From assembly GCA_040389125.1 (NCBI GenBank), contig JAZKAN010000001.1, positions 178,737 through 242,736 on the forward strand: DNA of 64,000 nt, read 5' to 3'. The notes beneath the pieces were generated by a model. The model made no database searches, was not told where the DNA came from, and saw nothing but the letters and a program-made list of their open reading frames with translations. Origin of the DNA: Patescibacteria group bacterium (GTDB lineage Bacteria > Patescibacteriota > Minisyncoccia > Phycocordibacterales > DATDWN01). Made by a program: the position numbers and the translations under genes. Below are positions 19,170 to 29,862 of this stretch, in pieces. The first letter of the stretch is position 1. The number at the start of each line of letters is the position of its first letter.

Positions 19170-20447
19170 ATGAAAGAAACAATGGAAAATGCAGACAAAA
19201 TCTGGGATGTGGTCGTCATTGGGGGTGGACCTGCGGGCATGATGGCGGCGGGGCGTGCGAGTGAGCTTGGGGCGGAGGTGCTACTTCTAGAAAAAAATGA
19301 CTCGCTCGGTAAAAAACTCCTGATTACCGGTGGCGGCAGATGTAACCTCACAAACGCCGAGCCAGATGTACGAAAATTCCTTTCGAAATTCAAAGACTCA
19401 GATAAATTTCTTTTCTCACCATTTTCACAGTTTGGTGTACAGGAATCGCTCGACTTTTTCCACTCACGTGGAATGGAGACAAAAGTCGAAGCACTTGGAC
19501 GTGTTTTCCCTGCTTCAAATTCTGCACAGTCTGTGTGGAATACACTTCTGGAATACTTGAAAGCAAACAACGTGAGCATTCGCTCCAACTGCCCTGTGAC
19601 GGGATTCGAAAAAAGTGAAAACAAAATTACAGCTGTTGTTTTAAAAAATGCAAAAAAAATCGAAAGCAAAATTTATGCACGAAAATTCATCCTCGCAACC
19701 GGTGGAAAGTCACGACCAGAGACAGGATCAACTGGCGACGGCTTTGAATGGCTCAAGACAATCGGGCATACAGTCGTGGAACCAAGTGTGGCACTCGTTC
19801 CAGTAACCACGAGCGATGCATGGGTCAAACGTTTGCAAGGAGTAAGTATGTCGGAAGTTAAAATTACTCTACTGCAAAATGAAATTAAACAGGATGCCAA
19901 AGTAGGTAAAATATTATTTACACATTTTGGTGTGAGCGGTCCGACTATACTCAACATGAGTCGCGACATTGGTGAGCTACTCAAATATGGTGAGGTTGTG
20001 ATTTCTCTCGATCTCCTTCCCCACCTTGATCATGGACAGCTCAATACAGAACTTCAGAAAATATTTGCAGAAAACGACAAGAAAAAAATTAAAAATGTTT
20101 TGGATGTACTCGTACCATCTGCAGTCGCTCCAATTATTCTCGAATTAGCTGAAATCAATTCTGATACTGCATGCAATAGTGTGACTCGAGAAAATCGGAT
20201 GACACTTATTAAAATATTAAAAGGAATGCAAATCCACCCGACTGGACTTTTGGGCGAGGACAAAGCTGTAATCACATCTGGCGGTATTTCTCTCGACGAA
20301 GTGGATTTCAAAACAATGTCATCCAAACTTTTCCCAAACTTGTATGTCGTCGGAGACATACTGAACATTGACCGCCCGACTGGTGGGTATGGTCTGCAAC
20401 TCTGCTGGACTTCCGGCTATGTCGCTGGAACAAATACCAGTGCTTAG
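19170..20447 (+). CDS. HI0933/BaiN/YhiN-family flavoprotein
   Basis: GGGPAG, KLLITGGGRCNLTN, LFTHFGVSGP, TGGYGLQ. Confidence 0.93.
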   Translation: MKETMENADKIWDVVVIGGGPAGMMAAGRASELGAEVLLLEKNDSLGKKLLITGGGRCNLTNAEPDVRKFLSKFKDSDKFLFSPFSQFGVQESLDFFHSRGMETKVEALGRVFPASNSAQSVWNTLLEYLKANNVSIRSNCPVTGFEKSENKITAVVLKNAKKIESKIYARKFILATGGKSRPETGSTGDGFEWLKTIGHTVVEPSVALVPVTTSDAWVKRLQGVSMSEVKITLLQNEIKQDAKVGKILFTHFGVSGPTILNMSRDIGELLKYGEVVISLDLLPHLDHGQLNTELQKIFAENDKKKIKNVLDVLVPSAVAPIILELAEINSDTACNSVTRENRMTLIKILKGMQIHPTGLLGEDKAVITSGGISLDEVDFKTMSSKLFPNLYVVGDILNIDRPTGGYGLQLCWTSGYVAGTNTSA

Positions 20448-20487
20448 TAAATGAAATATATTTGGGGTATCGGTGTACTATATACAT

Positions 20488-22275
20488 ATGAAAACATACT
20501 TTTCGGAAAGATTGCCACGACTTAAAAATTATGTCATTGCGCACAAAATTCTGGCTAGCACAACTATTATTGCAGTTTTACTTGTTGGATATTGGGGAGT
20601 AAAGAAAGTACATGGTTCTACAAACGAGGTGCGATACATAGTGACCACCGTCAAAAAAGGAACTGTAGTTTCAACAGTCAGCGCAAGTGGACAAGTGTCA
20701 GCTACCAACAAAGTAGATGTCAAAGCAAAAGTTTCTGGAAACATCACATGGGTAGGAGCAACTGTGGGGCAGAGAGTGTATGCGGGACAGGGGTTAGCAT
20801 CTATTGATAACAAAAATGCAAAAGCAGCTCTTGCAGACGCACAGGCATCGCTTGCGCAAGCAAAACTTCAATTCCAAAAAGATCAGGCGACTGCACCGAT
20901 AAACTATCAAAAGTCTGTTGATGATGTAACAAATGCAAAAAACGATTTAGATACTGAATACAACGACACATTTAATAATCTTTCAAATACATATCTCGAT
21001 ATCCCACCGGTAGTAACCAGCATGCAGAATATTTTATACGGGTACGACCTCAGCCCAACATCCAGTCAGTGGAATTTGGATGTACTCAAAAATATGTTTA
21101 GTAGTAAAGATGAGGCACAAAAGATACTCAATTTTGCAAACATAGCAGAGAGTGACTACAAAACTGCTCGCACAAAATATGATGCTGCGTTACTTGTATA
21201 CAAACAAATGAGTAGATTTTCTGATCCTACTCAAATGGAAGATTTACTTGCAAAATCTATAGACATGCTCACTGCGGTTGCCCAAACACTACAAAGTGAG
21301 AGCAATTTTCTAAGTTCAATAACAGATACAGCGAGTCTATATAATGTGCGATTGTCGAGTACTATTTCTACAATGCAAACAAATACTCGAAGTAACATTT
21401 CTACAACAAACAATAGTTTGAGTACTCTTTTGTCACAGAAAAAATCACTCGAAACAAGTAAGCAGACAATAAAAACTGGTGAGCAAAATTTGGAACTTTT
21501 AAAAATTGGAGATTCATCTGGCAACAATCCGATCAGTTTACAAATATCAGAAAACAACATTGAAAAACAAGAACGGAATCTACAAGATTTACAAACAGCA
21601 CTGTACGATTATACAGTAGTCGCACCATTTGACGGAACAGTCGCAGCTGTCACTGCAAAAGTGGGTGATACGAGTGGTACGATTGCGACGATTATTACTG
21701 ATGGGCAGGTCGCAGAACTGTCACTCAACGAAGTAGATGCATCCAAAGTTAGTCTCAAACAAAAAGCAATTCTCACATTTGATGCAATTGATGATTTGAG
21801 CATGACCGGTACTATTTCTGAAATCGATCCAGTTGGCACAGTCTCCCAAGGTGTAGTGAGTTACACAATCAAGATAACATTTGATACACAGGATCCACGT
21901 ATAAAACCGGGGATGACAGTAAACGCTGCTATTCAAACTGCGGTACATAGTGACGTACTCGTAGTTCCAAGTTCCGCTGTAAAAACAAGTAGAGGAACGA
22001 GTTATGTGCAAGTCTTTACACCTCCCCTTGTCGATACTGGCGGTACAGCTGGAACAATCTCGGGTACACCACCAGAACAAGTTGAAGTGACAACGGGAAT
22101 ATCAGACGGTACAACTATTGAGATTCAGAGTGGCCTAGAGGAGAATGAACAAATAGTTTCGAGAACTATTACCGCAACTACTGTTGCCAAAACTACTAGC
22201 ACAACTCCATCTGCAACTTCCCTTCTCGGCGGCGGTGCTGGAGGGAGAACTGGTAATGTAAATTTTGCACGATAG
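20488..22275 (+). CDS. efflux periplasmic adaptor (MacA/HlyD-like) with long coiled coil
   Basis: N-terminal TM, lipoyl halves (VSGNI..V, APFDGTV), KPGMT, VPSSAV. Confidence 0.88.
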   Translation: MKTYFSERLPRLKNYVIAHKILASTTIIAVLLVGYWGVKKVHGSTNEVRYIVTTVKKGTVVSTVSASGQVSATNKVDVKAKVSGNITWVGATVGQRVYAGQGLASIDNKNAKAALADAQASLAQAKLQFQKDQATAPINYQKSVDDVTNAKNDLDTEYNDTFNNLSNTYLDIPPVVTSMQNILYGYDLSPTSSQWNLDVLKNMFSSKDEAQKILNFANIAESDYKTARTKYDAALLVYKQMSRFSDPTQMEDLLAKSIDMLTAVAQTLQSESNFLSSITDTASLYNVRLSSTISTMQTNTRSNISTTNNSLSTLLSQKKSLETSKQTIKTGEQNLELLKIGDSSGNNPISLQISENNIEKQERNLQDLQTALYDYTVVAPFDGTVAAVTAKVGDTSGTIATIITDGQVAELSLNEVDASKVSLKQKAILTFDAIDDLSMTGTISEIDPVGTVSQGVVSYTIKITFDTQDPRIKPGMTVNAAIQTAVHSDVLVVPSSAVKTSRGTSYVQVFTPPLVDTGGTAGTISGTPPEQVEVTTGISDGTTIEIQSGLEENEQIVSRTITATTVAKTTSTTPSATSLLGGGAGGRTGNVNFAR

Positions 22276-22281
22276 TTCCGT

Positions 22282-22983
22282 ATGATTGAAATAAAAAATA
22301 TTACAAAAACATACGGTACAGGAGAGATGGCGTTTCAGGCTCTGAAAAATATTTCTTTTACGATACACGATGGAGAATTTCTTGCAATTATGGGACCATC
22401 GGGGTCAGGCAAATCTACACTCATGCATATACTTGGATGTCTCGATACACCGACATCTGGAACATACCTTTTGGATGGCAAGGATGTCTCCACTTTTTCT
22501 GATGAAAATTTAGCAGATATTCGAAAGGATAAAATTGGTTTTGTGTTTCAATCATTCAATCTCCTCCCTCGCACATCTGTATTACGCAATGTAATGCTTC
22601 CTCTCGTGTATGCTGGTATCGAAGGTGAAGAGAGAGAAACTCGAGCAAAAAACGCTCTCCTCGCAGCAGGAATGCCGGAGAGTCACTACGGACACCGATC
22701 CAATGAAATATCTGGTGGACAGATTCAGCGAGTCGCCATTGCACGTGCTCTCGTCAATAATCCCAGTCTAATCTTGGCAGACGAACCCACTGGAAATTTG
22801 GATACCAAAACTGGAGATATTGTGCTCGGAACATTTGAAAAGCTGAATCGTGAGCAAGGTAGAACAATTGTACTCATTACACACGAACCAGATGTGGCAG
22901 AGCATGCTCGTCGAATAATTTATATAAAAGATGGTGTAATCACAAGTGATAGTACATCACACAAACAAAAATCAATCTCATGA
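22282..22983 (+). CDS. ABC transporter ATP-binding protein (MacB/LolD type)
   Basis: GPSGSGKS, SGGQIQRVAIARAL, ADEPTGNLD. Confidence 0.95.
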   Translation: MIEIKNITKTYGTGEMAFQALKNISFTIHDGEFLAIMGPSGSGKSTLMHILGCLDTPTSGTYLLDGKDVSTFSDENLADIRKDKIGFVFQSFNLLPRTSVLRNVMLPLVYAGIEGEERETRAKNALLAAGMPESHYGHRSNEISGGQIQRVAIARALVNNPSLILADEPTGNLDTKTGDIVLGTFEKLNREQGRTIVLITHEPDVAEHARRIIYIKDGVITSDSTSHKQKSIS

Positions 22984-24212
22984 ATATAAAAGACACTCTC
23001 GAAGAAACATACACGGCACTCTCTGCAAACAAAGTCCGCTCGGGGCTCACTATTCTTGGTATTGTTATTGGAATTTCTTCTGTTATTGCACTGGTTTCAA
23101 TAGGAGCAGGCGCGTCTAGCTCAATCACTAGTCGTATCGAGTCACTCGGTTCAAACCTCATTCTGGTTACTCCCGGTGCGGCACGCAACCAAGGTTTCGG
23201 TGTAAGTACTGGTCGTGGAGCAGCACGGTCACTGACTATGACAGACGTAAATTCGATTGGAACAGGAGTTACGGGAGTTAGGGCTGTGACGGCAGAGGTG
23301 TCAGGTAGATATCAAGTAACTGCCAAAGGTACGAACACAAATACGACTGTCGACGGTGTCACCTCAACATATCCTCAAATCCGAAATCTGGAAATAAGTG
23401 ACGGAGCTTTTATTGATGATACTCAAAATGATAGTATCGCAAAAGTTGCAGTTGTTGGTCCTACTGTGGTCACAGATTTATTTGGTGTAGATGCAATTTC
23501 AAGCGATGCAATCGGCCAAATCATACGTATCAAAGGAATTCAATTTACAATAATCGGTGTAACGGTCGCAAAAGGCGGTACTGGATTTAGTAGCCCAGAT
23601 GATATGATCTATATCCCGATTACAAGTGCACAGCGGTACCTCTCTGGAAATCAATATGTAAATACGATAGATGTTCAAGCTGAAAATCCCAGTGTCATGA
23701 CTCAGGCCCAAGAGGACATTACAAATCTTCTACTTACAAATCATCATATATCAGATCCTGCCCAAGCTGATTTTAGTGCTCTCAATCAAAATGACATTTT
23801 ATCTACAGCCTCGAGTGTTACTGATACGTTGACGTACCTCCTTGGTGCAATAGCTGGAATCTCACTCATTGTTGGTGGTATTGGTATTATGAACATGATG
23901 CTGACGACCGTGACAGAAAGAACGCGAGAAATCGGACTCCGAAAAGCGATCGGGGCAAAGAAAGCCGATATCAGTAAACAATTTCTCATCGAAGCGACAA
24001 TACTCACCTTGATCGGAGGAATTATAGGCATTATTCTCGGGTGGAGTATTTCTTTTATTGTAAATGCAACTGGAATTCTCTCTACAAGTGTTTCACTTTC
24101 ATCTATATTTTTAGCATTCGGAGTATCTGCAATAATTGGGATTGTTTTTGGATACTACCCGGCCCGTCGAGCGTCTCGGCTGAGCCCAATTGAGGCACTC
24201 AGATACGAGTGA
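22980..24212 (+). CDS. MacB/FtsX-family ABC permease
   Basis: RSGLTILGIVIG, GGIGIMNMML..VTERTREIGLRKAIGA, PIEALRYE. Confidence 0.95.
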   Translation: MNIKDTLEETYTALSANKVRSGLTILGIVIGISSVIALVSIGAGASSSITSRIESLGSNLILVTPGAARNQGFGVSTGRGAARSLTMTDVNSIGTGVTGVRAVTAEVSGRYQVTAKGTNTNTTVDGVTSTYPQIRNLEISDGAFIDDTQNDSIAKVAVVGPTVVTDLFGVDAISSDAIGQIIRIKGIQFTIIGVTVAKGGTGFSSPDDMIYIPITSAQRYLSGNQYVNTIDVQAENPSVMTQAQEDITNLLLTNHHISDPAQADFSALNQNDILSTASSVTDTLTYLLGAIAGISLIVGGIGIMNMMLTTVTERTREIGLRKAIGAKKADISKQFLIEATILTLIGGIIGIILGWSISFIVNATGILSTSVSLSSIFLAFGVSAIIGIVFGYYPARRASRLSPIEALRYE

Positions 24213-24262
24213 TAAAATCGATCAGTTTTCAAAGTTAATAATTAGTAAATTAAAAAAATAAT

Positions 24263-24688
24263 ATGAATAAAAATACAACAACAATTATAATCGCAATAGT
24301 ACTTATTATCGGGGCTTTTTATGGAGGTATGAGATATGGTCAACACAAAATAGCAACAGGTTTTCGAACAGGAGGAATGCCCGGAGCATTTGCAAATGGA
24401 AATGGCACAAGAACAGGGGCACGGGGAATGCTCGGACAAAATGGTGGACTCGTCAGTGGCGAGATACTGAGTAAAGATGCAACAAGCATCACAGTCAAAA
24501 TGCGAGATGGGGGATCAAAAATAGTGCTTATTTCTGAAACAACTCCTGTGATGAAATCTGCATCTGGCAAAATTTCTGATCTCATAGTTGGTGAGCAAAT
24601 AACAGCAACTGGTACTGCAAATCCCGATGGTAGTATTGTGGCACAATCCGTACAAATTCGACCTGCAACCACAACTCCAGCAAGATAA
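24263..24688 (+). CDS. membrane-anchored OB-fold-like protein (DUF5666-like)
   Basis: TM, Gly-rich linker, GEI...ITV...DL.VG..I...G....DGSI.A; follows the MacAB-like operon. Confidence 0.65.
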   Translation: MNKNTTTIIIAIVLIIGAFYGGMRYGQHKIATGFRTGGMPGAFANGNGTRTGARGMLGQNGGLVSGEILSKDATSITVKMRDGGSKIVLISETTPVMKSASGKISDLIVGEQITATGTANPDGSIVAQSVQIRPATTTPAR

Positions 24689-24689
24689 T

Positions 24690-25085
24690 TTAAGTAATTC
24701 TAATTTTCTTTAATTCCTCACGCATTTGCATATAGTGCGGCATAGTTTCTGCTACCAAATCCCAAAATTTTTGAGAATGATTAAACTGTCCAATATGACA
24801 GAGCTCGTGTACTAAAATATAGTCCGCGAGGTATGGTGGTAATGTCGCAATTCGATAACTCAAACTAATATTACCTTTTGACGAACAACTTCCCCACCGC
24901 GTTCGCTGGTTTCGGATGCGGATTGTTCCGATGGTGAATTTGTAGTGCAGGTTGAAATAAGCCAAACGCTCCTCCGCAATTCTTTTTGCTTCCACTTTAT
25001 ACTGTATGTACTCAGCTTTGCTTGCCTGAGTGACCTTTCGCACTCTTCTTTTTTTTCTTTTAAAAAATCTAACAAATATTTTCAT
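24690..25085 (-). CDS. YgjP/DUF45-like zinc metallohydrolase
   Basis: RWGSCS, VHELCH, NHSQKFW. Confidence 0.9.
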   Translation of the reverse strand: MKIFVRFFKRKKRRVRKVTQASKAEYIQYKVEAKRIAEERLAYFNLHYKFTIGTIRIRNQRTRWGSCSSKGNISLSYRIATLPPYLADYILVHELCHIGQFNHSQKFWDLVAETMPHYMQMREELKKIRIT

Positions 25086-25100
25086 GGGAATAATAAGTTG

Positions 25101-25250
25101 AATAATTTAAAATCAAAATTCCTCGAAGACATATGTTTTTCAGCGCATCACGGACTGCGTGTAGACAGGAGTGCGAGGAAAATTTCTAGCAAGAAATTAT
25201 TCCGGCGATGAAAAACATATGTCGAGAAAGAATTTTGATTTTAAATTATT
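25101..25250 (+). repeat. structured palindromic element, family A copy 2
   Basis: 21-bp perfect terminal arms plus GACATATGTTTTTCA/TGAAAAACATATGTC around the family A core; overlaps the ABC-F stop codon. Confidence 0.9.
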
Positions 25251-26709
25251 TACTGAGATCAAGTATGTCATCTATACGTATCTGTTTTACAAACTCCGGC
25301 ACGTGACTGACCAATATCATCGCCCCCTCATATTTATCAAGTGCCTCGGCAATTATCGGCAAATGTCGAAAGTTTATATGGTTTGTTGGCTCATCGAGAA
25401 TGAGAAGTCCTGGTTTCTGTAATACAAGTCGTGCAAATGCGACAAGTCCTTTTTGACCCTCTGACAGACTCCCAATTTTTGAATATATTAGTTCGCCAGT
25501 GAGAAGAAATCCAGCTGCAGTTGAACGCAAAGTTTCTTCCACCAATTCGTGCATGACTCCAGCGAGAGAATCGTACACCGTATCCTCGAAATTAAGTGTT
25601 GAGAAATCCTGTCTGTAGTATCCAACCCGAATACCTGGAGCAATAACCGTACCGTCGCTTGTACCGCTCGCGAGGGATTCAAGAAGAGTACTCTTGCCAA
25701 TACCATTTGGACCTGCAAGCAATAAATGCTGTTTTTTTCGAAGTGTTATATTTACCTTGCGTGCCACAGGTTTATGATCCTTTATCATCTTGAATTTGGT
25801 AATGGCCAAAATATCACCATTTATATCTGGCTGTGATGGAATAATAAATGATCGGATCGTTTTATCCTCACGACGGACATCTACTTTTTCCTCTTCGAGT
25901 TCCTCAGCCTTTTCACGCATACGACGTGCCACAAGTCGCATCTGACCACCCTTGTTTGCAAAAAAGTTTGCCTTGTCTTTATTCTCTTGAATTTCCTTTG
26001 CAAGCAACGCATTTTTTCTATTTTCTTTTTCTATACGTGCAGAAATATCTGCTACTACATCAAAATAGTTTCCAACATATTGTTCTACTTTGCGAGTAAA
26101 CACATCCAAATACAACACACCTTGTGTAAAACTATTTAGAAACTCCGCATCATGTGAAATTACAATGCATGTCTTTTTGTAATCCACAAGAAATTTTGTA
26201 AGGTGTTCAATCCCATCTTTGTCAAGATTGTTTGTAGGCTCATCGAGAAGCAACAGGTCTGGATCTTGAATAAGTGCAGATGCAAGGAGAAGCCGCGCTT
26301 GTTGTCCACCAGAAAATGATTTGACGATACGATCGTGTGGAGCATTTAGATTTACCACCTTTAGCACCGCATCTATTCGAGGTTCGATATCATATATTTT
26401 TTTGTCTGTTTTGTTTTTGAAACTGTTTTCAAAATATTCTCGTACAGTCATTTCGAGCTCATTGCGAGGAATCACCTGACGAGCTGTAGCGATGGAGAGA
26501 TGCTGTGCAATATTAATTACACCAGACTCTGGTTTGTGTGTTCCTGTGATAAGACCAAAAAGAGTGCTTTTACCGGCACCATTTTGCCCCATAATTGTGA
26601 ATTTTGCTCCTCGCCGGAGCGTAAAATCAACTTCATCCAAAATTGGTTTTTTGATTCCGAAGTCAAATGAGACTTTATCAAAACTGATTATCGTTTCTCC
26701 CCGTGGCAT
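25246..26709 (-). CDS. ABC-F family ATPase
   Basis: Two NBDs (GQNGAGKS, GPNGIGKS; DEPTNNLD, DEPTNH), linker, no TM. Confidence 0.93.
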   Translation of the reverse strand: MPRGETIISFDKVSFDFGIKKPILDEVDFTLRRGAKFTIMGQNGAGKSTLFGLITGTHKPESGVINIAQHLSIATARQVIPRNELEMTVREYFENSFKNKTDKKIYDIEPRIDAVLKVVNLNAPHDRIVKSFSGGQQARLLLASALIQDPDLLLLDEPTNNLDKDGIEHLTKFLVDYKKTCIVISHDAEFLNSFTQGVLYLDVFTRKVEQYVGNYFDVVADISARIEKENRKNALLAKEIQENKDKANFFANKGGQMRLVARRMREKAEELEEEKVDVRREDKTIRSFIIPSQPDINGDILAITKFKMIKDHKPVARKVNITLRKKQHLLLAGPNGIGKSTLLESLASGTSDGTVIAPGIRVGYYRQDFSTLNFEDTVYDSLAGVMHELVEETLRSTAAGFLLTGELIYSKIGSLSEGQKGLVAFARLVLQKPGLLILDEPTNHINFRHLPIIAEALDKYEGAMILVSHVPEFVKQIRIDDILDLSK

Positions 26710-26857
26710 ATCTAGACAGAGTACACTAGTTTGTGTCAAAAAGATAGATGCGAAGCCATACAATGGAAATCTACTTATTCCACTCCGCCCTGAAATATCA
26801 TTGCCTGACGGCAACAAGATATATTCAGTGCGTGATTTTTATGGTGTAAAAATCAAC

Positions 26858-26890
26858 TACCTTGCATAACATAGTACCTGGTGATATACT
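26858..26890 (+). promoter_or_regulatory. padR promoter with possible operator
   Basis: TTGCAT-N17-TATACT-N6-ATG; imperfect dyad TACnnTGn5CAnnGTA (26858-26876) over the -35. Confidence 0.45.
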
Positions 26891-26896
26891 GCTAGT

Positions 26897-27226
26897 ATGA
26901 AAATAGACGCTGAAAACCAGAAAGCACAAATGAGAAAAGGGATTCTCGAATTCTGTATACTTCTCATTATTTCTCGTGAGAAAAAATATGCATCAGAAAT
27001 TATCAAGGAACTCAAAATGAGTGATCTCATAGTTGTCGAGGGTACGCTGTATCCCCTCCTTTCCCGTCTTCGTGGTCTGGGACTACTCACCCATACATGG
27101 GAAGAATCCAAAGAGGGCCCACCAAGAAAATACTACGAACTGACAGAAAAAGGCAAAGAGACACTCGCAAGTCTCAAGGAAACGTGGAAGAAATTATATG
27201 TTTCGATCGACACATTAATTCAATAA
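26897..27226 (+). CDS. PadR-family transcriptional regulator
   Basis: QMRKGILE, EGTLYPLLSRL, GPPRKYYELT. Confidence 0.95.
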   Translation: MKIDAENQKAQMRKGILEFCILLIISREKKYASEIIKELKMSDLIVVEGTLYPLLSRLRGLGLLTHTWEESKEGPPRKYYELTEKGKETLASLKETWKKLYVSIDTLIQ

Positions 27227-27235
27227 ATAATCATT

Positions 27236-28318
27236 ATGAAAAAAACAATACCAACCAGCATCGCAAATACACTCTTTTATATCGAGGAGGATGCGTATGC
27301 CGAATTACATATATATCTCGAATCAATTCGAAATCATTTTAAATCAAATCCTGATAGTCAAGAAATAATATCCGATATCGAAAGTAGAATTGCAGAACAG
27401 TTTATCGAGTACGCAGGAAAAAATACAGAAACCAACAACCGGATTATAACCCTAGAGCACGCTCGAAAACTAATGCACTCAATGGGGAAACCAGAGGATT
27501 TTAACGATGCCGAAACACATGAAAATACCGACTCTGTTCATAACGCAACGAGAAAAGACAATCGCCGCAAACTGTATCGTGACCCGGACAATGCACAAAT
27601 CGGTGGAGTGGCATCAGGACTCGCAGTGTATTTCGATGTTGATCCAGTATTGATTCGCCTCCTCTTTATCCTCGTCGTACTCCTTGGTGGTTCTGGAATA
27701 CTTATTTATATCATCCTATGGATCCTTATTCCCGAAGCAAAAACAACTTCTCAGAAACTAGAAATGCGTGGCGACCCCATCAATCTCGAAACAGTCAGTA
27801 GTGCAATAAAGGAAAAAATTGAAGAAGTAAAAAATCACAAATCCAACGAGCACGGTGTAGTACGAGGATTTTTTGGATCAATAAAAAGAATTATTTATTT
27901 TGTTGTAGATAAATTTATTCCAGTTATAGGAAAAGTAATCGGGGCGATCCTGGTGTTTGTATCTGTCATTGCATCTGTAGCACTTATATCTGCACTTCTC
28001 ATCAGTGTCATTCATCCAGAAACTCTGCTTTTGACTATTCCAATTTCTCTCAGTATTACAGGAGCGACATACATACTGCTTGTGATCGGAATATTTTTGA
28101 CCGCTATCGTTCCAATATTCCTCATTGGAGAACTTGGCATGATACTTATTCATGCTCGCTCAAAAACCCACCGCCATATCAGCCCCCTCCTCATTGCCTT
28201 GTGGCTCGTGGGTGTAATCATGACTATTGTAATCAGTGTTCCCGTTGTACATGAGTATCAACAGTTGCATCCTGATTTTGATAGAAATAATGAGATTTAT
28301 TTCCAGAGAACGTATTAA
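27236..28318 (+). CDS. PspC-domain membrane protein
   Basis: KLYRDPDNAQIGGVASGLAVYF, YIILWILIPEA; typical padR-pspC pair. Confidence 0.92.
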   Translation: MKKTIPTSIANTLFYIEEDAYAELHIYLESIRNHFKSNPDSQEIISDIESRIAEQFIEYAGKNTETNNRIITLEHARKLMHSMGKPEDFNDAETHENTDSVHNATRKDNRRKLYRDPDNAQIGGVASGLAVYFDVDPVLIRLLFILVVLLGGSGILIYIILWILIPEAKTTSQKLEMRGDPINLETVSSAIKEKIEEVKNHKSNEHGVVRGFFGSIKRIIYFVVDKFIPVIGKVIGAILVFVSVIASVALISALLISVIHPETLLLTIPISLSITGATYILLVIGIFLTAIVPIFLIGELGMILIHARSKTHRHISPLLIALWLVGVIMTIVISVPVVHEYQQLHPDFDRNNEIYFQRTY

Positions 28319-28373
28319 ATTTGAGTTTGACTTTGAAGTTAATATTATGTAAGTTGATTTGGGAGAAAACCGT

Positions 28374-28667
28374 ATGTTGAATCTAAAGGATGCAAAGCGA
28401 GAACTCGATTTAAGACAGATTCAGGCGCACAACATGCCCATCGAAACAAAAATTGGGTTGGTTACAAAACCAATTTCCGACGGAGAAGGAGTTGACCTCT
28501 TTAATCTGCGGGAAGTGGTATTATATACACCTGAGTCCCTGATAACGTGTCTTGTAGAGGCTCCGTTGACTCAAAAGGAGACTCGCGAGCAACAGGAAGG
28601 AAAAAGTGTTCACCGTCGAAAATGTACTGGGGTTTCCCTCCAGCATGTGGAGGAAGTCCAGATTTGA
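28374..28667 (+). CDS. orphan hypothetical protein
   Basis: TTGACT-N17-TAAGTT, GGGAG SD, own hairpin at 28674-28703. Confidence 0.6.
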   Translation: MLNLKDAKRELDLRQIQAHNMPIETKIGLVTKPISDGEGVDLFNLREVVLYTPESLITCLVEAPLTQKETREQQEGKSVHRRKCTGVSLQHVEEVQI

Positions 28668-28673
28668 ACTTAT

Positions 28674-28703
28674 AAGTGCCGCGACCTCTAGGTCGCGGCA
28701 CTT
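28674..28703. terminator. bidirectional terminator-like hairpin
   Basis: AAGTGCCGCGACCT/AGGTCGCGGCACTT between convergent genes. Confidence 0.75.
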
Positions 28704-28718
28704 CACATTATACTATGG

Positions 28719-29123
28719 TTATTTATCCTCTGTATTTTCCTCTAAATCAAGACACACAGAGTTGAGACAAAACCGTTTGCCGGTTTTGGTAGGACCATCA
28801 TTGAATACATGACCGAGATGAGAGTCGCATCTACTACACAGGATCTCTGTTCGCACTACCCCAGCAGTGTCATCCATGCTAAATTTCACTGCACCAGGTA
28901 GAGCCTCGTCAAAACTTGGCCAGCCAGTTCCAGAATCGAATTTTGCTTTAGATGAAAACAGGAGGTTACCACATGCAACACATGTGTACATACCGTCTGC
29001 CTCCTCGTGCACGTATTTGCCTGTAAATGGTGCTTCCGTTCCCTTGTCCCGCAATATTGCATACTGTTCAGGAGTCAGATTTTTCTTCCATTCGTCCTCA
29101 TTTTTTGGTATATCTTTGTCCAT
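28719..29123 (-). CDS. msrB: peptide-methionine (R)-S-oxide reductase
   Basis: GTEAPF, GTGWPSF, HLGHVFNDGP, RFCLNS. Confidence 0.96.
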   Translation of the reverse strand: MDKDIPKNEDEWKKNLTPEQYAILRDKGTEAPFTGKYVHEEADGMYTCVACGNLLFSSKAKFDSGTGWPSFDEALPGAVKFSMDDTAGVVRTEILCSRCDSHLGHVFNDGPTKTGKRFCLNSVCLDLEENTEDK

Positions 29124-29157
29124 ATGTTTTTGTTTATAAAAATTTTAAAATTTCTCA

Positions 29158-29703
29158 TTATTTTTTTAATAATTCTGCAAAATTTTTCTGAACTTTTTCC
29201 AGTTTTGGATTGATAACCAGCTCGCAGTATGCAGCATCCTTGTTCCGTGCATAGTAGTCTGCATGGTAGTTTTCTGCAACATAAAATGTCATGAGTGGTT
29301 CAACCTCTGTCACAATTGGTTTTCCATCTGAATTTGAAGCATTTATATCCGCAATAAATTTCTCTGCTTTTTGTTTTTGGGTTTCAACTGTATAAAATAT
29401 AACGGATCGGTATTGAGTTCCAATATCATTACCCTGACGATTGCGAGTGGTGGGATCATGCGATCCAAAAAATACAGTCAATAAGTCTATGTAGTCTATC
29501 TCGGATGGATTAAATTCTATACGAATACACTCTGCATGTCCCGTAGTACCACTACACACCTGATCATATGTCGGATTAACTGTTGTGCCACCTGCATATC
29601 CAGGCAACACCGATTCTACCCCCTTGAGCATTTTGAAAACTGCCTCCGTGCACCAGAAACATCCCCCACCGAACACTGCGATTTCATTTTTTGAGTCTGT
29701 CAT
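29158..29703 (-). CDS. msrA: peptide-methionine (S)-S-oxide reductase
   Basis: GCFWC, GTTGHAE, RQGNDIGTQYRS. Confidence 0.96.
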   Translation of the reverse strand: MTDSKNEIAVFGGGCFWCTEAVFKMLKGVESVLPGYAGGTTVNPTYDQVCSGTTGHAECIRIEFNPSEIDYIDLLTVFFGSHDPTTRNRQGNDIGTQYRSVIFYTVETQKQKAEKFIADINASNSDGKPIVTEVEPLMTFYVAENYHADYYARNKDAAYCELVINPKLEKVQKNFAELLKK

Positions 29704-29734
29704 GAGTAAATACAATTATACCTCACAAATACAA

Positions 29735-29862
29735 CTAAAACGAATCAAATTGCCTCAGATGCTAGGCCTGTAAGATTTTGAGAGTGAGCCGTACTTAGTG
29801 GTACGGTGAATGATCAAAATTGAAACACAACAACGCAGATGAGGTAATTTTATTCGTTTTAG
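29735..29862 (+). repeat. structured palindromic element, family B copy 3
   Basis: AGGC..GAG-CCGTAC-TTAGTG-GTACGG-TGA..AACGCAG within a ~23-bp outer stem. Confidence 0.85.
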
